13,763 nucleotides of DNA from NCBI GenBank assembly GCA_004212155.1, contig RXIG01000016.1, positions 1 to 13,763 of the forward strand, in the 5' to 3' direction. The notes beneath the pieces are model-generated. The model ran no database searches. It saw nothing but the letters and a program-made list of their open reading frames with translations, and was not told the origin of the DNA. This DNA comes from an archaeon (GTDB taxonomy: Archaea > Methanobacteriota_B > Thermococci > Methanofastidiosales > NM3). This document shows positions 7,341 to 13,763 of the stretch, one piece after another (position 1 is the first letter of the stretch; each line of letters begins with the position of its first letter). Position numbers and translations under genes: made by a program.

Positions 7341-8384
7341 TCATTCCTCGATGAGGTTCTTGAGTTGCGCTGGCAGGTTCTCGTAGGCGTCGGTCTCGGG
7401 ATCCATCGTCGGGAGATAGGTCTCCTTGAAGATTGCCCTCCCCTCACCGGCGATGAGGAACTCGACGAAGTCCCTGGCCTCGTCCTCGTGCGGCGCCTCG
7501 AACGGTATCGTGAGGCCGTAGATGGTGGGATGGGCTTTGAACTCGGGCGTTATTGATGCGAATCGCTGGAACGCGAGGCGCACCCGCGCGCTGTGCTCGA
7601 GCTGTGTGAAGTCGTCGTTTCCTAGGTCTATCTGCGAGGGAAGCGGCAGGAATTCGAGCCCGAAGTACTCTGACACGTTCTCGTACTCGAACGCGTAGTC
7701 GATGCCGCCAGTCTCGAGGAGCGAGAGCAGCTGCACGCTGCTGCCGCGAAGCGAGATGCGACCGCCCGACGTTTCGAGGATCTCGGGGATCTTGATGACG
7801 TACTCATCCGGGGTCTCCTCCACGTCGATGGGCGTCGTGAACTGCCCGCCATAGATGTCCTCGAATATCGTCGGGTCATCGTAGTAATCCTCTGCGAGCT
7901 GCACGATCATGAGCGTGCGGTAGCCGCTCGCATCGAATCGTGGGTCGGAAAGGCCGAGCGCCACATCGTCGCGTGAGAATATCTCGTACCAGGTGTCCTG
8001 ATTGATCTCGTCGGCATATGCGCTGTCGGGGCGATAGGCTATGCCGAGGCGATTGGTGGCAAACTGGATATACCAGTCACTGTGCGGCGGATCCCCATAC
8101 ATGAGCAAAGGTATGAGCGAATAATCGGCGACGGCCAGCACGTCGGCGTCACGGCCGAGCTCTGCCACCTGGCGAAGCACCTGTATGCTGCCGTGCCCCT
8201 CGATGAGCACATCGACGTCGGGATGATCTGCCTCGTATGCCTCCTCGATATGGTCCATGGACGCCAGGAGGCTGCCTGCGCAGATCACCGTGAGCGTCGT
8301 GGTCTCGGGACGTGTGGCATACCATATGCCCGATCCGAGCACGAGCACTATGACCGCTATCGCTGCGATGTGTGACCTGTTCAT
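7341..8384 (-). CDS. wtpA: Tungstate/molybdate ABC transporter substrate-binding protein WtpA
   Basis: N-terminal membrane anchor; AGSL, GHGSIQVLRQV, DVLAVADY, FATN, SDPRFDASGYR, IDYAFEY, LPSQIDLG, IYGLTIP. Start at ATG 8384 or GTG 8393. Confidence 0.85.
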   Translation of the reverse strand: MNRSHIAAIAVIVLVLGSGIWYATRPETTTLTVICAGSLLASMDHIEEAYEADHPDVDVLIEGHGSIQVLRQVAELGRDADVLAVADYSLIPLLMYGDPPHSDWYIQFATNRLGIAYRPDSAYADEINQDTWYEIFSRDDVALGLSDPRFDASGYRTLMIVQLAEDYYDDPTIFEDIYGGQFTTPIDVEETPDEYVIKIPEILETSGGRISLRGSSVQLLSLLETGGIDYAFEYENVSEYFGLEFLPLPSQIDLGNDDFTQLEHSARVRLAFQRFASITPEFKAHPTIYGLTIPFEAPHEDEARDFVEFLIAGEGRAIFKETYLPTMDPETDAYENLPAQLKNLIEE

Positions 8385-8394
8385 CTCTATCACG

Positions 8395-8940
8395 TTAGTT
8401 CATGGTGAGTACTTCGATGGTGCTTACGAATCGCACCCACCAGTGGCCGTCGGTGATGGGGCCGTCAGGCCCGATGACGGCGATGCGAAGCGGTCCGCCG
8501 TACTCCTCCGGTATCGATTCGCCGCCCTCCTCGTAGGCGAGGATCATCTGCAGATCGCCTGCCGGCACTTCCCCGCCCTGCTCATTGTAGGTGATGAAGT
8601 CGCCCTCGACGAACTGTCTGTAGGAGAAGGTGACCGAGTAGCCGTCCGGTGCGGTCACGCGTATGGCGCTGTTCTCGGTTATCTCCCTGTCGAGCTCGTA
8701 GAGCGCGGTGAGCGGAACGCCGGTGAACTCCATGGGGAGCGTTATCTGTCCGACGCTGTTTTTCCTGCCGCCCTCGCCCGTGACCGCAGGCATGTCCTTG
8801 AGGTCGTCGAGGGTGAGCGTCTGCGTCTCGTCGCCAACATAAGTGAGCTCCACCGACTCGCCGTCGCCAGTGATGCAGCCGGTCGTAAGTAGCATGGTCG
8901 CCACAAGGGCGATCAGGGGCAATGTGAACCATCTCTTCAT
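8395..8940 (-). CDS. Lipoprotein with a single molybdopterin-oxidoreductase-like domain
   Basis: Lipobox LTTGC-I; LTLDDLKDMP, FTGVPL, VTAPDGYSVTF, MILAYE, GGPLRI, WVRFVSTIEV. Ends immediately before wtpA. Confidence 0.8.
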   Translation of the reverse strand: MKRWFTLPLIALVATMLLTTGCITGDGESVELTYVGDETQTLTLDDLKDMPAVTGEGGRKNSVGQITLPMEFTGVPLTALYELDREITENSAIRVTAPDGYSVTFSYRQFVEGDFITYNEQGGEVPAGDLQMILAYEEGGESIPEEYGGPLRIAVIGPDGPITDGHWWVRFVSTIEVLTMN

Positions 8941-8962
8941 GGCAGAAACGGTGCATGTAATA

Positions 8963-8994
8963 CTTAAAAAGGTTATGTCTATGTGAAAATAACG
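8963..8994 (-). promoter_or_regulatory. TATA box with abutting ModE-like operator
   Basis: Minus-strand TTTTTAAG at 8970-8963, 22 nt before ATG 8940. GGTTAT-N12-ATAACG (plus-strand reading) at 8971-8994 is nearly identical to the 7313-7336 site. Confidence 0.72.
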
Positions 8995-9039
8995 AAAAAG
9001 ACCGTGATGTTTTTATGTATCGGTTTTCATGGTGGGGAC

Positions 9040-9243
9040 ATGGACCAGTTCATACGCACGGGACTCATATTCCTCGTGTTGGGCGTGGCAAATCTGGCGC
9101 TCCTTGCCTACTATGTCCTTATATCCCCTTCGGGCGGAAGCACTATCGAGCTCGTCCTGCATGCGGTGCTTGGCGTTCTCCTCACTGCGGGCGGTCTGTT
9201 CTTCATTCGAGCGAGCCCAGTGAAAAAAGAGACCCAGGGATGA
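9040..9243 (+). CDS. Small two-helix membrane protein (67 aa)
   Basis: Two hydrophobic segments and a basic C-tail. SD-like GGTGG at 9031-9035 precedes ATG 9040. Confidence 0.65.
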   Translation: MDQFIRTGLIFLVLGVANLALLAYYVLISPSGGSTIELVLHAVLGVLLTAGGLFFIRASPVKKETQG

Positions 9244-9249
9244 CCTGGA

Positions 9250-10356
9250 TCAGATGAGGAACGTGCCGTTCTCGTAGAAGAGCTCGTCGGCGGCGTAGAC
9301 CTTGCCGCCGTCCTTCATGTCCTTGAGGATGTCAAGGTGTATGGTCGACTCGTTCTTGCCGATGGTAGGCTCCGGCGACATGCCGAGGGCAAGATGGACC
9401 GTGCCGCCCATCTTCTCGTCAAAGAGCATCTCCTTGATGAAGTCCTTAACGCCGTAGTTGGTGCCGATGGCGAGCTCACCAACCCGCCGTGCGCCCTCGT
9501 CTATCGAGATAATCTCGTCAAGGAGCTTCTGTCCCTTGGCAGCCGAGGCCTTGACGACCTCGCCGTCCTTGAACGTGAGGCGAACGTCCTCTATCTCATT
9601 GCCCATGTATATGAGCGGGTAGGTGAATCGGATGGTACCGTTGGCACTGTCCTCCACGGGACAGGTATATACCTCTCCGTCGGGGAAGTTCTTGTGTCCA
9701 TCGCAGTTCACCCATCTCCGTCCCTTCGTGGAGAACGTGATGTCGGTATCCAGGCCGACGTAGCGGATCTCGTCACGTCCGTCGAGCCATGAGCATATGG
9801 TGTCCTGCTGGGCAGAGATGTCCTTCCATGCTTGGATGGGATCGTTCTCGCCGAAGAGGCATGCCGTGTAGACGAATTCCTGGTACTGTAGAAGCGACAT
9901 CGACGCCTCCTGCGCCTGTGCGTCGGTAGGGAAGGCGGTGAGCGCCCACTTGTACTCACCTTTGCGCTCGCGTTCCTGTATCGCCTTTATCGTGTCGGCA
10001 TACGCCTTCTGGTTGCGTGCCAGTTTCGCTGGGTCAACGCGTGAGAATGCCTTCGTGTTCGTCTCGGCGATGAATTGAATCGAGCGGTCCACGTTGCGTA
10101 ACAGGTAATCAATCGATATGTCCTTCTGGTCGAGCTGATCGTCGCTCGCGTATTCATAGAAGATCTCGCGCGCATGGTGCGGCTGCATGTAGAGGATGGG
10201 GTGCGCCCCCTTCCTTAGGACCTCCTTGTAGATCTCAAGCATCGCAGGCTCGGCCTCGGGTGCCCCGGCGATGAGGACTTTCATGCCCTTTTCGACCTCA
10301 GCAGAATAATTGACCATGACGGTCGCAAGCTTTTCAAGATAATCTCCCTTCAACAT
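9250..10356 (-). CDS. Aminopeptidase, family M29 (AmpS/AmpT, thermophilic metalloprotease)
   Basis: FPT.AQAQEA.MSL, NFPDGEVYTCP, GELAIGTN, LFDEKMGGTVHLALG, NESTIHLD. SD GAGGTGA just before ATG 10356. Confidence 0.92.
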   Translation of the reverse strand: MLKGDYLEKLATVMVNYSAEVEKGMKVLIAGAPEAEPAMLEIYKEVLRKGAHPILYMQPHHAREIFYEYASDDQLDQKDISIDYLLRNVDRSIQFIAETNTKAFSRVDPAKLARNQKAYADTIKAIQERERKGEYKWALTAFPTDAQAQEASMSLLQYQEFVYTACLFGENDPIQAWKDISAQQDTICSWLDGRDEIRYVGLDTDITFSTKGRRWVNCDGHKNFPDGEVYTCPVEDSANGTIRFTYPLIYMGNEIEDVRLTFKDGEVVKASAAKGQKLLDEIISIDEGARRVGELAIGTNYGVKDFIKEMLFDEKMGGTVHLALGMSPEPTIGKNESTIHLDILKDMKDGGKVYAADELFYENGTFLI

Positions 10357-10421
10357 ATCACCTCTTGGTTTGTGTGTAGGTATATACCAACCACTATGAT
10401 ACATTTTTCGTTGCGGGTACC

Positions 10422-11717
10422 CTATATGTGTTTCCTTGAATAGTTGAGGCTGGCCCTTGGATTCATTGCCACGGCCTGACGAACGACCTCTTGGTCGTCC
10501 CTGGCGAGCTCGTCAAGGACATGCCGGGGCGTGTTCGGATTGCGAGCTACGGAACGCCGCACGCACGTGACGGGATCCTTCCCAAGGTGCTCGAGAACAT
10601 CCGCCTGAGCATGTGGATTCAGAGCAACGGAAAGCCGTACCTCCCCCTCCTTGTCGTGTGCCAGCCGCTCGAGGACCGGTGGTGGAGCATCGGGATGCAG
10701 CGCTATGAATCCCTTCATGTCCCGCTCCCACGGCCTGGTCTCGTAGCGCTCCAGGGCGTTTTCAAGGGCCGTTGGGGTTGCATGGGGGTTTAACACGACC
10801 AAATGCCGTACGTTCGTGTCAGGGTCTGTTGAGAGGGCCTCGAGGATGTGCGCGGGCGTTTTGGCGTTACTGGCCACAGCCCCCCGTACCATGTGATTCT
10901 CGTCATTCGAAAGCGCCTCGAGGATCGTCTCTGGTGTCTTTGGATTAGAAGCGACCAGCTGCCTCATGCGCGGGTCTGCATCATGCGCATGCTCATCAAG
11001 GACCGAGGTAGGGACGTCCGGATGCTGCAGGACGTCCTTGAGGACTTCATCGTCGCAGCAAAGCGCGATTTTTTCAAGTGTGGCCGGTTGGACATTGGGA
11101 TTTGATATCACCGTGAAGAGGACGTCCCTGTCGGCTACACGGGCATACTCATCGAGCACCTCGGGGGGCACATGCGGATTTGATACCACTGATAACTGCA
11201 CATCCCTGTCAGCATCATGTGCATGCATGATAAGGATGTCTATTGGCACGTGCGGGTTGCTGATGACCGACAGACGCACATCGCAGTCATCGTCTTGCAC
11301 AAGCTCCTTGAGCACCGAAGGCGGCGTCGAGGGGTTCAGGGCAACAGACATCCGTATACCCTTTTCAGTGCTTCGCGAGAGCTTCTCAAGTATCTCAACG
11401 GGTGTTGAGGGTTCGCATGCCTTGAACCAGTATCGTTGCTCGATACTAGCGTTGGTGCCTCTGAGCGTACGTTTGAGTTTTTTGCGAAGTTCGAGCCTTC
11501 CCAGCATACCACCGACGAGAAAGAATGCGCCAAGATCCATAAATGTTGTGGCTTCCTTTTCCTGGAAAAGGAGAACGATAAGTGCCAATAGACACATGAT
11601 AAAAAGCTCCACAGGTGTGTGGTCGTCCTGTGTCCCTTCGACAGCCCATGGTACAGGATGGCAGTTTTGGATATCGTTGTTTGGCACATCTTGAACTTCT
11701 TCAGGCATGATATTCAT
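10422..11717 (-). CDS. Membrane-anchored leucine-rich-repeat-variant/HEAT-like repeat protein
   Basis: Two N-terminal hydrophobic segments, then about 12 repeats of 26 aa with consensus NPxxPxxxLxxLAxDxDxxVRxxVAx. Start codon uncertain. Confidence 0.8.
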   Translation of the reverse strand: MNIMPEEVQDVPNNDIQNCHPVPWAVEGTQDDHTPVELFIMCLLALIVLLFQEKEATTFMDLGAFFLVGGMLGRLELRKKLKRTLRGTNASIEQRYWFKACEPSTPVEILEKLSRSTEKGIRMSVALNPSTPPSVLKELVQDDDCDVRLSVISNPHVPIDILIMHAHDADRDVQLSVVSNPHVPPEVLDEYARVADRDVLFTVISNPNVQPATLEKIALCCDDEVLKDVLQHPDVPTSVLDEHAHDADPRMRQLVASNPKTPETILEALSNDENHMVRGAVASNAKTPAHILEALSTDPDTNVRHLVVLNPHATPTALENALERYETRPWERDMKGFIALHPDAPPPVLERLAHDKEGEVRLSVALNPHAQADVLEHLGKDPVTCVRRSVARNPNTPRHVLDELARDDQEVVRQAVAMNPRASLNYSRKHI

Positions 11718-11868
11718 ATTATACTACGCATGTAATTTATTTATCCCTTGTCCCGTGACAGTGTAACGTAATAGTCTGTAGGGGCAAATAAACGATTGAC
11801 GACACATCTGGGTGTGGTTATATCGGATTTACACGCTACTATATGGATATATATGGAGTATGGCAGTG

Positions 11869-11876
11869 TTTTTATA
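11869..11876 (+). promoter_or_regulatory. TATA box of the TauE/SafE gene (leaderless spacing)
   Basis: TTTTTATA ends 22 nt before ATG 11899, the same spacing as the 7282 and 8940 promoters; no SD. Confidence 0.6.
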
Positions 11877-11898
11877 GATTGCACATTAAGAAACCCCT

Positions 11899-12642
11899 AT
11901 GGACATGAGCATGGTGGCAAGCTACGCTGCAATCGGCCTTGTAACGGGCATAGCGAGCGGCATGTTCGGCATCGGTGCTGGATCCATCCGCATACCTCTG
12001 CTCCTTTTCACGGGTATGCCGCTTCTCAACGCGTTTGCGACCAACATGGTCGCGATACCGTTTTCCACGCTCGTTGGCGCGTACATGCACCGGGCGAAGA
12101 TCCAGTGGGACATCGTCAAGTCATTCACCGCCGGCGGGCTTTGTGGCATCATCCTTGCCACCTACCTCGTGGGCGTAGCGCCTTCCTCCGTGCTCGCCTT
12201 GGTGTTCCTCCTTGCGGCCGTGCTCACTGCCATTGGCCTATATCTTGACAAAATAAGCGCCACGGTCTACGACAGGCTGCGGCCCACGCCACACAATCTG
12301 TTCATCGGCGCCTTCTTCGGCAACGTCCTCATCGGGATGCGTGGCGGCAGCGGTGGCACGCTGTTCCCGCCGATACTGCGCTCGATGCACGTGCGGATGC
12401 ATTGTGCCATAGCCACATCGCTTGTTGCCAGCTTCTTCTGTTCGCTCGTCGCGCTATCTGGTTATATATATCGTGGGGACGCACTGATAGCCCCCGGCCT
12501 CATACTCTCTGCCACGGCGATGGCAGGTTCATACATCGGGAGCATCATCGCCATCAATACAGAAGGGCGATGGCTGAAGATGGGTCTTTCCATGCTCGTC
12601 CTGACGCTCGCGTGTTATGTCGTCTATAGCGAGTTCGCGTAA
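11899..12642 (+). CDS. Sulfite exporter TauE/SafE (TSUP) family membrane protein
   Basis: GIASGMFGIGAGSIRIP in the first half and GMRGGSGGTLFPP...AIATSL in the second half; about 8 hydrophobic helices. Confidence 0.88.
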   Translation: MDMSMVASYAAIGLVTGIASGMFGIGAGSIRIPLLLFTGMPLLNAFATNMVAIPFSTLVGAYMHRAKIQWDIVKSFTAGGLCGIILATYLVGVAPSSVLALVFLLAAVLTAIGLYLDKISATVYDRLRPTPHNLFIGAFFGNVLIGMRGGSGGTLFPPILRSMHVRMHCAIATSLVASFFCSLVALSGYIYRGDALIAPGLILSATAMAGSYIGSIIAINTEGRWLKMGLSMLVLTLACYVVYSEFA

Positions 12643-12647
12643 ACTCA

Positions 12648-13763
12648 TCATCGATCGACGGGAGCGATCCTGCACGGCAGGCCGCGCAGCTGGGCAGAGC
12701 CCATCTCGGGTGCAAAAGGTCTGTCGCTTGACGTGAGCACGTTGATGTTGCTCTCATCCCACCCGTCAAGCGGACCACGCTCGGGGAACCACCATCCATG
12801 CTCGGCGATGACGGTCGTCGGAGCGACATGCTTCGAGGTGCGTGCGATGTGGACGATGCGCCCCTTCTCCGTCTCGATGGTCATCTGCTTGCCCGGTTGT
12901 ATGTCATACCGCTCCGCTGTCGTTGGATGGACGAGCGCAACGGGGAACGGGTGGAGCTTTCTGAGCGAGCCCACCTCCCGATTGCCCGAATGCACGAACG
13001 GTCCCATCTTCCATGTGGTGAGGAGGAGCGGATACGCCTCATCTGTTCTTAACAGAGGGCGGAATGTGGGAAGCGGGTCGAATCCCCATTCCTCGAGCTG
13101 GGAAGAGTAGAGCTCGATCTTTCCGGAATCGGTATGGAATCCCTGTGCTTCATGGTCGCCATACAGTTTTTGTGCAGGGATCATACCCCGTTCGCACAAC
13201 TCGTCGTAGGTCATGCCCGACGGTTCGAGGATGAAGTCAAGCGCATCAAAGACGGTGTCCCATCCCCAGTTGAGCCCCATGCGGTCTGCCAGGTCGGCCA
13301 GGATGCTGTAGTCTGAACGGGCCTCGCCCACGTTCGTTATCGCCTGCGTCGCGCGCACCTCGGGCACGAACTCGCCCACATGGACGGAGTTGATCTCGAG
13401 ATACGATGCCACGGGCAGCACCACGTCGGCAAGCGCCGCCGTCGGCGTCATGTGAAGGTCGGCCACGACGAGGAAGTCAAGCGACGAGAACGCCTCCTTG
13501 ACCTTCTCGCTTTCCGGCCAGGTGAGCAACGGGTCCGACCCCATGACGTATGCGCCGCGGATGGAATACGGGGCGCCCTCGAGCATCGCCGTGGTGAGAT
13601 TCTGGTGGAGCGCGAACGGCATGAGTGGGATGATGCTCTCGCGGTAGTTGACGCTCATGACGTCCCCGGGCAGCTCGTCGTGCGCGACGAGGTCGGGGTC
13701 GCCGTTGTGGCGCAGCGGCGGGCGCGCCCAGAATATGTCGCCGCCATGGATACCGAGATTGCC
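12648..13763 (-). CDS. Molybdopterin (bis-MGD) oxidoreductase, DMSO-reductase family, acetylene-hydratase-like; 5' part outside the window
   Basis: Frame is open to the window edge (GNLGIHGGD...). PYSIRGAYVMGSDP, DLHMTPTAALADVVLP, T.SGKIELYS, YPLLLTT, HS.NR, AEHGWWFPE, SNINVLT, LRGLPCRI. Confidence 0.88.
   Translation of the reverse strand, partial: GNLGIHGGDIFWARPPLRHNGDPDLVAHDELPGDVMSVNYRESIIPLMPFALHQNLTTAMLEGAPYSIRGAYVMGSDPLLTWPESEKVKEAFSSLDFLVVADLHMTPTAALADVVLPVASYLEINSVHVGEFVPEVRATQAITNVGEARSDYSILADLADRMGLNWGWDTVFDALDFILEPSGMTYDELCERGMIPAQKLYGDHEAQGFHTDSGKIELYSSQLEEWGFDPLPTFRPLLRTDEAYPLLLTTWKMGPFVHSGNREVGSLRKLHPFPVALVHPTTAERYDIQPGKQMTIETEKGRIVHIARTSKHVAPTTVIAEHGWWFPERGPLDGWDESNINVLTSSDRPFAPEMGSAQLRGLPCRIAPVDR

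Noticed and set aside
8983-9039. Upstream GTG start for the small membrane protein
   Set aside because: It falls inside the ModE-like box; ATG 9040 has an SD.
13656-13658. ATG given as the start of the oxidoreductase
   Set aside because: The frame stays open with a conserved GNL..GG motif to the window edge, so the gene is truncated by the window and is not short or a pseudogene.
1-13763. CRISPR arrays, tRNA/rRNA, transposases, integrases
   Set aside because: No regularly spaced DNA repeats, cloverleaf-like segments or mobile-element motifs seen; non-coding gaps are short or otherwise explained.

Overview
Archaeal (probably euryarchaeal; inferred from TATA-box leaderless promoters, GGAGGTGA Shine-Dalgarno sites, GC-I lipoboxes, WtpA and an AroA'-type aldolase) chromosomal window with no mobile elements, RNA genes or CRISPR. 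Left: a coupled operon of a LarA-family racemase, a MOFRL glycerate-kinase homologue and an enolase paralogue, each with substitutions in normally conserved active-site motifs. Middle: an aroA'-type ADH synthase preceded by a ~390-nt structured leader that begins with an unannotated 24-codon ORF ending Y-R-F-G-F-F-Y-Y-stop, followed by mutually exclusive hairpins. This looks like a ribosome-mediated aromatic-amino-acid attenuator in an archaeon and is the top finding. Next come wtpA and three lipoproteins with molybdopterin-oxidoreductase-like domains lacking the usual Cys, under two identically built promoters that each carry a ModE-like palindrome. Right: a small membrane protein, an M29 aminopeptidase, a membrane-anchored 26-aa repeat protein, a TauE/SafE exporter and the 3' part of a bis-MGD Mo/W oxidoreductase. 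Family calls and residue equivalences come from motif recognition by eye, not from database searches.
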